A stretch of 63,996 nt of DNA, the filler included, from Catajapyx aquilonaris (lineage: Eukaryota), in NCBI GenBank assembly GCA_000934665.2. It is 3 parts of 3 records of this genome, joined end to end, with 100 filler letters (N's around TTAATTAATTAA, not from the genome) between each part and the next. Parts side by side here need not be neighbours in the genome. Positions count along the whole stretch, not along the records: positions 21,624 to 43,090 come from JYFJ02006045.1; positions 43,191 to 63,996 come from JYFJ02006188.1; 1 more part is not named here. One strand, given 5' to 3'. Shown here one piece after another: positions 38,996 to 51,600 of the stretch. The translations under genes were made by a program, and so were the position numbers. Every line of letters begins with the position of its first letter. The stretch's first letter is position 1. The notes under the pieces are model-generated. The model was given only the letters and a program-made list of their open reading frames with translations. It made no database searches and was not told where the DNA came from.

Positions 38996-40062
38996 CAGCC
39001 CCCCCCCCCCCCNAATTCACAAGCATTGTGGCCTTTGTCTTTGCTGTGGCTGTGATCCACCGAGACAGGCTGCACCTGCCCTTGTTATTGCATGATATGT
39101 GCTGATTGGTGTATCGCAACATGGCGACCCAGTGACAGAGACTACAAAGTCATGTGAGAGCAGCCATGTCATTCCAGAATACTTCATTCAATGCTTGAAA
39201 AAATGGTAGCTGGGCTATCTCAAATTTTGTCACTAAAAACACATGATATGTTGCCAAAAATTCAAACCCACTCATCATAAAATCCCACTGGTATATGGTC
39301 ATTATTAGTTGCTTGTTTGGACAACTAATTTGCCTAGCAGGTAATTGTCACAGTGCCAGCCATACATGGAGGCCCCTGCAGAGCTTGTCAGAGGCCCGGG
39401 GCAGGAGTCATGTTAGAGGCCCCTTCTTATAAGGACATAAAAAACACGTAACCAAAACAATTACTATTGACCTTTGGCATTGAAGTCACAAATACACATC
39501 ATGTTATGATTACATGGTTGGGACTGGTTGGCAAGTTAGCCGTCTAAGGAATTGGAATTGGGTGTTTTGCCCAGTAAGTTTCTGTCGGCTGGTTGGATAA
39601 GTCCGGCCTGGGGCGTTGGCGGGGCCCCCTGGCCGGACTTATCCCTCTGAGGCCTGGGGCAAGTGTACCCAGTGCCCCCTCTGCTGGGCTGATACACCAC
39701 CTGTTTCAGAATTGAGCTCACATTAGTGTATGTAAAAATATGGGGATGCCACATGTCACTTATTCCTATTGCCTCAGATTCAAGTGCAGTGACTTAAAAT
39801 CTATTGGCGAGCCCATATAATGGGCCATCCAATAGCGTATATGATTCCATGCCAAACTTGAAAGGTGAGGTTACAGGGAAGATTCCACCAATATAAATGC
39901 GATCTCAATTCTTTTTCACACAATATGTCAAAGGAAAAGATAAAGGGGAACCCAATATTCATCGTTGTCAAGTGTTATTCCCTCAACACTTCTGGCCCCT
40001 ACATTTTGGACTTGATTTGGGCCAAGGAATATGCTGCTGACCAGACAACCTACTCTCTAATA

Positions 40063-41160
40063 CAGGGTGAAGGGAAACTCGCAGACAATCGCCAAGTAGA
40101 CTGATAGTACTCGTAAAACTAATATAGGGATGTGCAATTATTAGTTCTGGGCACCATTACATAGTTAATGCGTACGGCGCCGTCAAAGTTTCGTGATGTC
40201 ACATCCATTCCGCCAGCTTCAGTGAAGAAAAAGTCAGTTCGAGGGCCTCCGGTCCCTTGCCTTGGTCCCCCTAACACATCGTCCATGTGCAATAGGTGAT
40301 CAAATCCAGTCAGATTAAGAATCCGGGTGACACCCGTGCACTTTGTCGTTTTTATCTCATATTTTACAATCCAGCCCTCTACACTTTATCCTCTATAGAC
40401 CCGAGAATAATTGAGTAAAACAATATCAGTTCCTATTGCATTTTCTGAACATTTTCCCAATAAGAAACGAGAAAGAATTTTTAGTTCTCAAATATTGACA
40501 AAAATTTGAAAAACAACCAATGAGAACATGGGACCCAATTGCTGCTACAAAAGCAGAATGGATGAAAGCTCAAAATTTAAATACTACATGGATCACTCAC
40601 ATAGTGCTCTATCCTCCAAACAATGTTTTTTAAATTCATTTGTGGAATTTGTGGTAGCAATTCCTCTCAGAATGAGATGGTACTCCTGCCTCGCCCGTCC
40701 TTTGTTGGTGGACGTCACCTGAGACACCGCCGAACCTGGCAACCCCATTCTGTTGGGAAACGCCATGAAGATGATGAGGATGAATTCCTCCCAGAAGACA
40801 ATTAAAGATAAATATGAAATTAACTTTCAAGGCCAAAACTTCAGGTATGGGGATTGCTCCTTCTCTTCTTGCCCCCTAGCATGGTACCTCGCTATTCTAG
40901 ATTTTCAAACTGAACTGTAGCGCAAAGCACACTTCCTTGTGGGTGTATAGGCACAGGCAGGAGGTGACAGCATCAATTGTTGCCGCAGAATCTTTTAATA
41001 AACTTATGTATCCTATAGGATACTCCAGGTCCAAGGGGGTTAAAGGGGCCATATGCATTAACTACGCATCGGTGCCCAAAACTAATTGCACATCCCTATA
41101 TTAGTTTTGCAAGTACTATAAGTTTACTTGGCTATTGCCCACGAGTTTCTCTTCACCTTG
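40063..41160. mobile_element. Tc1/mariner-type non-autonomous element with ~105-bp TIRs
   Basis: TA-CAGGGTGAAGGGAAACTCG...CGAGTTTCTCTTCACCTTG-TA, with AAAACTAATATAGGGATGTGCAATTA mirrored. Confidence 0.8.
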
Positions 41161-41215
41161 TATATGAAAACCTGACATTCTGTGTCCAGTAAGCTCCAGC
41201 CATTCCGCCGTGCCT

Positions 41216-42136
41216 CTCACAACCAATCTAACTCTTTTTACCCTCCTAAATTTTGAAAATTTGTGCATTTTCTCATTTTGCTTGGCCAATAGTGTTGTGC
41301 AACAACCTCTGCAGCTAATTTTCACGTCAAAATACAAGGCAAAAGACGATATTCCGAAGCCACAACACTAGCAGCCGGTCGTGGATCGCAGGTCCCTGGT
41401 CGCTGCGACTGTAGCGCGCTCTAGGGTGTGTGAAGGAGTAGAATGTCACCTCACACGCTTCGAAATCAATAAATTTATGTAGCGCACTAATTCAAAATAA
41501 TATTGCCACGTCCATGACAATGCCAACTGACACTCTGGCGTGATGCACTTGAATCAATAATTTTATGTAACAATTTATGAATCAAGTTTAATAAATCATT
41601 CACATATCACTGATATCAGTCGCGGCAACACGCGACATGATGAAGGCATTGTGGCTTCGGAATATCGCCTTTTGGCTTGTATTTTAATAATAATAATAAT
41701 AATTGATACCCCATTATCAGCCCTTTAGGCTTTATTAGGGGGGGATTTCTCCCAATTTTTTTTTTGTCTGGAACTCTTTCCATTTTTACTATACTTTTTC
41801 ATCGGAATTGAGGCAAGGATAGGTAAGGAAGGAAGCGGCTGTGGCCTATAATTACGGTAACGACCCCGGAATTATCCTGCGTTGACCATGGGAAACCACA
41901 GAAAACCATGATCAGGGTCGCCGGCCTCCGGGATTCGAACCCAGGACCTCCCGATTAGCAGTCGGACACCATACCACTACACCACTACTGCTTCGGTTTT
42001 TGGCTTGTATTTTGACCCTGTTAACATGAAAATTAGCAGCAGAGGTGATGTTTGCCCAACACTAGGCCAAGCAAAATAAGAAAATCTAAAAAGTTTCGAA
42101 ATTTAGGAGGGCAAAAAGAGTTAGTTTGGTTGTCAG
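41216..42136. mobile_element. Degenerate inverted-repeat element whose right arm is interrupted by a SINE
   Basis: 41221-41365 matches the reverse complement of 41650-41685 plus 41998-42135. Confidence 0.65.
41686..41997 (-). mobile_element. SINE family A variant with a different 3' tail ending in (ATT)n
   Basis: Same head and body as 13680-14066. 16-bp TSD TTTTGGCTTGTATTTT at 41670-41685 and 41998-42013. Confidence 0.85.
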
Positions 42137-43090
42137 TGTCCACCTTCCTTCCACAGGCCACTTACAAGGGAATGACACAGTGTGGCCCCCTTGATTAATG
42201 TTGATTTGTTTTATGACCGATGGGTTTATGTATGTTGAGGAGATTTGTTCATTTGAATAAATAGTGGGAAACGGGCTGTAGGACTTGAAAAAGGTTAGGA
42301 CAGCCCTCATCCCCTTTTCCAGTGTGGCCCCCTCCAATTTGGCTAAAACTCGTGTAGGGGGTAAGTCATGTGCCATAAATACAGTTGGTGAAAGTCATAA
42401 ATCCTACAGTTCGGCAGATTTTAAGATATGTGTGACAGAACATCCTAATTTTGACCATGGACATTGGGGTTGTGTGAGAAATGGAGAAGTGCAAGGAAAA
42501 GTTGGTGGTCTGGTGGGGAGTACATATTGGACTCATGATCTTTTTTTTGCTGGGAGCCGCACTGGATGCAAACCCATACTTTTCCCCCATCTTTTACAGA
42601 CTTTTTCCAGCAGGCAAATTTTTAATATGTGGTAAATTTTATTATTTTGACTAAATGACAATTAAAGCAGCATACAGTGTGTACAGTCGAATTATAATAA
42701 ATCATACATATTGATAAGGCTGGAGAGGTTATTCCTATTGCTCAATTTTTGGAACAATTTGCAGTTTACAAGTGAAAGAAAACAACTTTTTGATGGTCAC
42801 ATAATGAATATCGAAGCAAAGAAACAATGGTAAACGATAAGGGTGGTGGGGGATAGGGTAGGGGATCAAAAAAATAAAGAAGGGGAAAAAACTTTGGTGT
42901 TGAACTTATTTGAACCAGTGTGGCTCGTCGCGAAAAGAAGATCCTGAGTCGATTGCACTCTGCTCTAGACCACCACCTATTTTTCTTGCACTTCTCTGAC
43001 CACTTATTTCAACTGAGAGGCCTTTTTCTTGTTTCCTGCTCGCTTATACAGGGTGTTTCAGAGTCACGGGTCAAGTGCGCGCGAGGGGGG

Positions 43091-43190
43091 NNNNNNNNNN
43101 NNNNNNNNNNNNNNNNNNNNNNNNNNNNNNNNNNTTAATTAATTAANNNNNNNNNNNNNNNNNNNNNNNNNNNNNNNNNNNNNNNNNNNN
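43091..43190. other. Assembly gap spacer (44N + TTAATTAATTAA + 44N)
   Basis: Same format as 21524-21623. Confidence 0.95.
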
Positions 43191-43286
43191 CTCATATTGC
43201 GTTCTGAACATACCTTCCCTTCTCATACTGACGTGCCCAATGACTAGAGGCAGCAGAAATTGCCACAATTACTTCATTCCTATACA

Positions 43287-44523
43287 TCAAGCCGGTGCAT
43301 CCATCGGAGGGTGCCTCTCAGAGCACACCTCCGACGGACGGCGCTTCACCATCAGGTCTCCCCCCCTCTTTGTCGTCCCAAGTACGTGGGCTTCGTCTAA
43401 TTTTGTGAACCATTTCTTCACCCCAAACACCCTTACAGATGTGTCCTCGTCCCCGCCGCTCTCCTCGCTACTTATGTAGCCTTTCTTCAGGACTTTCAAC
43501 ATCATCTCCTTCTTTTTGGCCGTGTACTGGCATTTCTTATAAGGTACCTGCACCAAATAAGGCCCACCTAACAGATAACAATTTTGCACCAGTCCCAGTG
43601 AACGTTGAGCATTTATTTGACTGCATGGACAGATACATCATATAATAATGCACAAGTCAATATATATCCGTGTATGCTGGAATTCATATCCTTCGGCTGA
43701 CAACCTGCTTAGTAAAGTGTTACACATGGGCCTTATTAAGACCATAGGTCCCAAATAAGGCCCACGTAAGTCCGCCACCATTGCAAGTCCTATTTCTCAC
43801 GTTTCACAATCTGGACACAGAAACTGCTCCTTATCCTCTGCTGTAAGACCCACGCAGTCTTCCTGGACCCAGGTTAGACAAGAAATGACCTCCGCATGTC
43901 CCTCATATCATCCTCATGGCATACGGAGCTATACCAACACATTTTGCTGATGGTGGACAGTCAATAGACAGCCTTTCTCGTCCATATTGTAGATTTTTTC
44001 GGGTCTGGTTGTCCCTGCATGCATGCAGGGACAACCAGACCTTCTAAAGTTTGCTTAAGTGTTTGAAAGTATAGTCAAGTCTAATAAGGCCCACCGCGAT
44101 GTTGACTGGGCCTTATTAGGAACGCAGTAGCCTTTCAGCAAGTGACCTGTATTACCTAAAGGGAACTGTTTTAATCATATGTGCCACTACGATAGCTATC
44201 CTCAGTCGCTCAGGTGTCTGTACGTACCATTACACAGGCGTAGGACATCGCGCTTGTCTTGTTTCCAGGCTTTTCTCAGGCGCAAAATTACAACGCAGCT
44301 GTTTTTCTGGCCTCTCGATAATGACTGGCAAAATTCATGGACCTATGTGTCCTGCACGAGCGTTCCATCTACCGAACTGTACTCACTTTTTGATGCTTAA
44401 TCGACCCCTGCAATCCATTTTGCGTTACCACCGCAATTAACAGAGATATAAAAACTGGGCCTTATTGGGAGCTGGGCCTTATTTGGGTCAGGTACCTTAT
44501 GCGTTTAATCGCCGGGTGAGCTT
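43287..44523 (-). pseudogene. C14orf93-like (TE-accessory type) exon split by a transposon insertion
   Basis: Removing 43542-44497 and one TA gives TTTTCAG|KLTRRLNAYKKCQYTAKKKEMMLKVLKKGYISSEESGG...WFTKLD...SERHPP. Family call is from recalled motifs. Confidence 0.5.
43542..44497 (-). mobile_element. pogo/Fot1-like deletion derivative with a PHD-finger remnant
   Basis: TA-AGGTACCTG..CCAAATAAGGCCC TIRs with repeated AATAAGGCCC motifs. Minus strand ~43800-43935 encodes WYSSVCHEDD...SCLTWVQEDCVGLTAEDKEQFLCPDCET* with a frameshift. Confidence 0.75.
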
Positions 44524-45144
44524 CTGAAAATAAATAAGTTTTCTTTATAAATATCCCTCTGTGAACTAACCGACTTATTAATAATTAATCACACGTAAGT
44601 GTGTCGTGTCTGATGATCAGTAATATAATTTTTATCTCATGCTGTCTATATACAGGTTGTATTGTATAATACAGAATATGATGCCAATAATAAATGAATC
44701 AGAAAAAGGGGAGTCAGACTTGCATACACAATTTACGAAATAAGCCATGTACTCTTTACATCATGCAGTTTTGCAAATGTACCAATAATAATTACTCACC
44801 ACTACTGATCAACAAATCAAACACAACATATTCTACACAAATAAATCTCCAGTCCAGAAAAGTTTATTACAATAGCAATTGTAAACTTTTCTGGATTAAT
44901 AACTAGAAATGAAAGGACAATATTTGTGTGGAATATTTTGATTGAGTTTTCAAATCTGTTAAGCAACAGGTTATGCTATTATTACGTGTAGTTTTCCTTT
45001 AAAGGTCGTTTCTAAACTCACACCCTGTTTTTTTCGTGGTCATTTTCACCTGCCTCGTTCTTCTCCATCCAACCACTATTATATCCCCCCTTTGGCCCTT
45101 CCTCACTTCTTCTCCCTTGTCGCCCCTTTACAATGCCATTCAAA

Positions 45145-46083
45145 TTAAGCTAAGATGTGGGACACTGTGCAGGGCATCCCGTAAGTCAAGAACATGACAT
45201 GCTGTTCCAGGTATCTCCGCATTTTTGTGCTGGTGAATGTTGACACGTTCTCAACAGCAGCCCTTGCAGCCACCCTCCTCATACAGTCTGGACCACTTAG
45301 ATTTTGAAGGGAACCTTTGTGGCAGAAGGAAAAGACAAACTTGTTGGTTGTGGGAATGCCTACAGCAGCCCTGGTCTCTAGGAGCAACTTAATAGCTGCG
45401 GTGACTTCTGGCGTCAGAAGGACTGGCAGCTGGCACAGTTCTTCCACGTTTCCCTCTAATCTTCACAAGCTTCATTTTCTCACAGAATCTCTTTTCTAAA
45501 TCCGTGAGTGTGGAGCGGAACAAATATTCATATCCTTTGTGCCAGTCAGGGCACACCAGAACATCCATTTTCATTAGGGCCGCTTCACCACCTCGGCGCT
45601 TGTTAAACACAATCATTCGTGTCGATGTCACTTCTGCCAATTCTTTGTATGTTGCTTTGCTAGGATCATTCTTCAATTTGAACCTTAAATCATCTGTCTG
45701 CAGCAGCTGGAACAGGGTAAATTTTTTCAGATCCTCTTGTGATGGAAGGTGTTCAACTTTATTCTGTTTCCTTTTGTTCATAGTGGACAGAGAGCATGCG
45801 GAGATATTCTTGTTGCCCATTGCAAGTCTAGCAAATGCAAAAAAGGCCCTACATTTCTAAGGAGGTGTGAGTCCTTCTTCCTTAATGCCTTTCCACGCAG
45901 TACACACCTGCACATTTTCTGAGTGTGTGCCCATACTTCAATGCACGGGACGGGGGTTATCATATCCTGATCGCCACAATGTGACTTGGACATGCATTTA
46001 ACTGTTTCTTGGAAGAAGTCAAATGTTGCCGGCCCGGAAGAGAATTGAAATCGTCCCAGTGGCGCCATGTTATTTGTAGGCAA
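45145..46083 (-). pseudogene. Tyrosine-recombinase-like (DNA breaking-rejoining) protein of an animal transposon family, frameshifted
   Basis: Motifs MIVFNKRRGGEA, LTDLEKRF, IRGKRGRTVP/VLLTPE, NKFVF and TSTKMRRYL are spread over three frames. Confidence 0.7.
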
Positions 46084-46696
46084 GCATTCGAAACTCGGGA
46101 CGTATTTTTATGCTTTATTATTAAAAAGAAATGAATAGCCTCATTTCTTTGTGAGTTACAGCAATAAATTCTAAAAGTGCCAGGTGTATCTTGCAGACAT
46201 GAGAATTTATTGCAAAAAATTTCCCACCATAGTAAAAAAGTGATCATGGCTTGCAGATGCCAAGTTTTGTGAGCATTTTTGAATGAAGGGATTTCAAACA
46301 CCATCGCATTAATTAAGTATGAACATTGTTATCACAGAAACTTTGACTCAGACAACAACTGACTCATACATTAGCCTACATTGTCTTATGTGGCATAGCA
46401 AGTGTAGAATAATTTCTCAGGAAATCCATGAGCCATGCACCTATTTAATGCAGCAGTTAATGGTTTGTAATTAATTTGAAAGTGTTGTGTCTGGGGTTTC
46501 TGTGGCACTTGAAATGCATTATTAAAATAATTAATGTCCAGCTAAGTGGCGGCAGCCATTTATCTAGACCCCGCATAAGTTCACCGAGTAAGTTTCATCA
46601 CGTTTATCTGGAACGCAAAACGAACGAAATGACACGAACCTCATGTACATCGTAGTTCGAGTCGTATAATATGTTGATTGGGACTACAAACTCGCC

Positions 46697-47000
46697 TTAT
46701 GGCAGAGTCTCCACCAACATCGCCGTCTCCTCCGAGTATTCAGGTGGTGGAGGCCCACCGCCCGTCGTCTTACATTCTTGGTTGTAGCTGCGGACATTCT
46801 CCTTGGCCTGACCTTCGAGGCGCCAGTACTGCTCCTTCAACCGCCGCAAAGTGCGGATAGGGTTGTGTCCGTGCTTGCCAGTGAAGGTCTCTAATATCGT
46901 CCGCCATGCTTCTTCCTTCTTCTTATTTGCCTTCACATCTCCCACCTTCGACTCAATGGAGCGGACGTGCTCTTCGCAGAGGGCCAGGAGTGTACAGCCA
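46697..47000 (-). pseudogene. Myb/SANT-like DNA-binding protein (Harbinger ORF1/MSANTD type) fragment
   Basis: LLALCEEHVRSIESK...ANKKKEEAWRTI...RTLRRLKEQYWRL...KTTGGGPPP. Confidence 0.7.
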
Positions 47001-48069
47001 CCACGTAGAAATGTAATAACACTGGGGGTCTGGAGGAGTTGGCAGCATGAGGAGAGGGCGATGTGACCCCTTCTACCAGGCGCGTAGGAACGAATTTTTT
47101 CATGGGTGGGCAAACGGGGAGGGTCACAAGGGGGAGATGTTATGGGGGGAGGGGGGCAGAAAATATTTGGAATTTCTACTGCTGCAAACGATGTTTAAGC
47201 ATAGATGTCATGAAAACTTGTGATTTGAAAACGAAACAAAACTGCAATTTTCACAAAAACCATTGTCATCTGTCAGGTGTGTACAGAATTTAATTTTGTG
47301 TGAAGCTGCAACTGATTACTTACTTCACTACTTCAGCATGCCTGACAAAGCATCTGACCCCCTGTTATTTGAATTCCCCCATTTTGGTGTAGTTTACTAA
47401 CACGAATTCTCAATTTTGTTGTTGGAACATCAAATGTATTATTATTAATTTCAAAACAAATGAAGAGTCCAGGGGAAAAAGGGGGAATGTCAAATTCCAT
47501 TGGGGTTCCCGCCAAGTGCACAGTACAATAGTACCGTAGGTGCCACTTATACCTGGAGGCTTTCCATGGGTACAAGGGGGACAGTTGCATATAATGACGT
47601 GAAGATATCCCTATTATTCTTTATACACTATCAGACTCTTGCCTGAGCCTGGCCCAGCTAGCTCCTATAAAAGGGTTCTAACTACTAAAACAGATCAGGA
47701 GAATAGGGGACCACAGTATATTTCCAACAAACAAGGGCAGCCAAACGGCCACACCAATACAACAGCCCGGCTCCCCCTGAGCCCGGACTCTAACTGCTCT
47801 TTTACACTTCTCCCAGAAAGGAAGAAAACAACAGCCGCCGGGGGGGGGGGGGGGGGGGGGGGANGAGGAACATCAGGATGGGGGGAAATACCGGCGCGCG
47901 CAGCCAACCGCCGCGGCACCAAAACACTCACATACATGGCCCACCCCCATCCTGATAACACGTGAAGAAATAAAGCAATTTCTTCGATTTCTCACGGACA
48001 TTTTTTGTGTGACATTCCCCCTTTTTCCCCTGGACTCTTCAAATACAATACGAGTACAAATTACATTTT

Positions 48070-50618
48070 TCATTGCCGAATAGTTCTGCGATACAGTGTC
48101 AGTATGAGCTGCAAATGAGAAAGAGTAGTAAAGAAAGTTCCTGCTCGTACGAGGTGGAGGGTGGCCACCAGGAAGGCGACCTTCTTGCCGAAATTGGCCA
48201 TATCGGAGCTTCGCTTCTTAGAGATCAGGACTCGCCAACACCAAGACCAACGCCAACTGACCAACTCTGCCACCAACTCGCCAACTGACTGCAGTATACC
48301 AGGGTGCATAGAGAAGGGAAGGGCCAATTCCAAATCTTCAGCCAAGTTAATTGTTTCATTATACATCCTATCAAAATGCTCTGAAGACCGTAGACTTTCC
48401 AGCTGACTGATCACTAAAGTCGCAGCCTGCATAGCGCCTGTGGCACTTAGGCTTGGTGACTGAAGAGCACGAGCCAGCTGCTCACAGGGACTGAGAATTT
48501 CAATGATAAATGTTTAAAAAAAAAGCATCGTTTCAAATTGGTTCAACTTGCTCAACCAGCCTCGGACTGCAGACCTTCTTTCGTCAGAGATGCCACTCTT
48601 TTCAGCAACTCTTTCTTGGGAGTGTCATCTGAACTCTCTGATACTGCTGTTTGAATCTTTTCAGAGACTTCACCCTGACGCACCAGCGGGTTGGACATAA
48701 TGGAATGAGATGTTTCAGATTCACCAAACTTGGCTCAGAAGAAACGGTACAAGCAGGCAGGACAACGTTTTCATACATAGTCTTTCTTTTTGCGGACTCC
48801 AAAATGCAGTTGGAAGAATCCTTTACCAAGCACACAGGTCGCACGTTCCTCTAGTTTCGCGGGCTACCTCCTGGAGTGCCAAATCAGCTGCATGGTTGGA
48901 ACAATGCACATAGAGGGATTTCGGTTGCTCATCTGCAATGATTCTTCGAACACCCTTCTCATGACCAGACATATTGGCGGCTCCATCAAAGCAATGACCT
49001 CGCAGGTCAGCAATGGATAGAGAAAGACACAGTAACATGTCTTTGACTGCAGCAGCGAGGGTGTTGCCTTTTGAATCAACTGGATTGTACATTCCAAGGA
49101 ATTCTTCCCTGATGACCATGGTCTGTGGATGCACGAATCTTACACAAAGAGAAAACTGCTCCATGCCTGTGCAAGCCATCAGCAATGATGGAGAACCAAG
49201 GCGATATTTTTATCTCACTAACAAGATTTCGAAGTATCATGTGAGCCATAATTTCCAAAATCCCATTTTGAATTGGGGGGCTCATATAATTATCCCGGCG
49301 TTGCAACCAGCGCTTTAGTATTGGAGAATCTAGGGACCTCTCTTCCAGTAGCATCATCAAGTTTCCTCCATCACTTTCATGACCTCGAGTGGCATTCCCG
49401 GAGCGTGCGAGAAAACGCAATGAGCTGATGATAATCAAGAGAGCGGTTCTGGCATGTCTCTGTTCACTCTGGTGGGCTTCTTGAATCTGGGCTGTCACAG
49501 GAACCGCATGTTCTCTTCTGAGAATCAACTCGACACATTTCTTGTGGAAATGGCTTTTCTGGTGAGCAGCTAGCCTTTGTGTAGCTTTCTTCCAGTTCTT
49601 AAACCCGACGACCAAAAACGCCAGCTCCACATCCTTGAACCAGGAACTGTCCCGCTTATCCACCAAATGGCAAGCACGGACACACGTGTGGCACAATAAG
49701 GAATCCCCCATGGTATCATAGTGCAACCAGTCGTATTTTTCAAGCCATTCGTGCTGCACTCTACGGCCATGTGTTTGTGGGAAGACGAATGACTTAGAAG
49801 GCTGAATTTTCATTTCGATGGACAGAAGGTTGGGGATTGCACTTTTCTTGCCTTGCCTTGTGTTGACAGATATCTCTGACATATCTAAAACAGAAAAGAA
49901 ACTTACTCTTCATACGTAAACCTCATGTAGTATTACTACACATGTACACAAAAATTATTCCATCAAATATGATATATGAATTAGAATTCAGTAACAAAAT
50001 ATTTTCCATGTTGACAGTTCCGTGTGACTATCGGACTTTCGCTCATTTCAACGGCTACTTTCTCTGTACTGTGGACGATTTCTGAGGCCTAGCGCTATTA
50101 TGCACTTAATAAATGATCGAGTAATTGCGTTTTTAGGCTTGTATGGTCACTGGGAAGAGAAAAAAGGCAGTGGTTAGCTAGCTCTATGGCGATTTTCGTT
50201 ATATGTCGGTGACTGTGTGGCCTGCAACCTAACCCCACAATAAAAGAAAGTGTATGCCTACTTCCGTATTAATTATGTAAGTGTTAAATGTAACTTTACC
50301 TTCCACCGATGGGCTCAACACAGCAGTGTCAGCAGGACTACTCTTGTCATCGGGATTTTCTGTGCATTGTGGTGTGTTTTCCACTGGAACGACGACGTCG
50401 ATGGAAAGATTGGAAACATTATAATTGCCGTCAGCCTCTTCGTTAGAACTACGTCCTTCATCATCCCGCTCCTCTTTTTCTTCTGCCGGTTTTCCTGTTT
50501 TCAACCACTTCGCCATATACTCAGAACATTTGGACGATTGTTCATTTTGCTCTAAAGCCCTTAGCTGCGCTTCGCTGCACCACTTTAAAAAACTCTTTTT
50601 TGGTCCATATTGAGTCAA
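48070..50618 (-). pseudogene. hAT transposase (ZMYM1/Tip100-like, TTF zinc finger + DUF4371), frameshifted and truncated
   Basis: WLEKYDWLHY..CHTC..GFKNWKKA..HQKSHFH, RGHES.GN, YMSPPIQN, FSIIAD, GHCFDGAANMSG, YVHCSNH and LCPTRW are spread over several frames. Confidence 0.9.
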
Positions 50619-50831
50619 GGTGACACAGCCTCTTACTTCAAACTCGAGTGCAGTACCGCAGGAGTCAGGCGTCAGGACACTAGCTTGGTTACACCTCGCC
50701 CTCTCTTAGGGACGCAAGGGTACAGCCCCCCAGCTGAAAAGTAGTGGCTCTAACTCCCACAGGGGTTCGTCCAGAAAAATGGAACGTTTCAGTCTTCTTC
50801 AGGTTGACTAATGGCCAATGGCCACGCCTAG

Positions 50832-51600
50832 TCACTTGCATTTCTGTCGTTTCGAGGGGGGACCAATGACTCCCACCTCTCCGTCCACCTCACAACCAGG
50901 CTGCGGGGGTGGGGTCTGGTGATAGGCCCTCCGCATGTTCTCATTCGGGGACGACCCCTTGCTCCAGATGCTCCTCGGTAGCTCCGGGGGCCCCGACTGC
51001 AGCCACCGCCCAGCGACCTCCACGGACTGGGGGCAGGTCGTGGTCCTGGCGCAGTTTGTCCGAGAGACATGCCACCGTCGGTGGTTCCGAAGGGCCGTTT
51101 TGCTGTAAAAATCCTCCCCACATTCTTGGCAGGTTCCCTTCTGCAGAGGACCGGATGTCCACTTTTCCGGTTTTTTGGGGCACGCCTGCAGGTGGTAGGA
51201 GGGCCTCAACTTGAGGTCCCTCCAACACCACCTGCAGCGCACCTCCACTGGAGTCGCCTTGGGGGCCGCACCGTGGACACGTTCCATGTGCCTCAGGAGA
51301 GACTGCTTCAGTGATGTCCAAGAAAAGCATTTGAAAATGCTTGAGGAGCCTCCCCGGACGCATGGAACCACTGGCGGCATTGGGAACCAGATAATTATAA
51401 CGCCATCCTTCAAGGCCGGTGGCCAGAGAGGGTCTTCCTCCCCTGGACCAGATGTACCGGTCGGCCCAACAGGCCCTCCCGGAGAACAAGCGAGGATGAC
51501 CCCCCGCAGGTTCTCCAGGGACTCCCGCCTGGCCTGTTGGGCTGCCTCCGATTTTTGTAGCACTTCTTTTCGTTTACAGAGCCCATGCGGTCCTTTGTAA
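50832..51600 (-). mobile_element. Zinc-finger N-terminal region of an R2/NeSL/Utopia-like non-LTR retrotransposon
   Basis: IIWFPMP..PC..WTSLKQSLLRHMERVH..CRWC..RPSYH..C and the C2H2 finger CQECGEDFYSKTALRNHRRWH. No RT follows. Confidence 0.55.

Noticed and set aside
50645..50670. TGCAGTACCGCAGG resembling the U2 snRNA 3' stem-loop next to a Utopia-like fragment
   Set aside because: The match is too short and the rest of U2 is absent.
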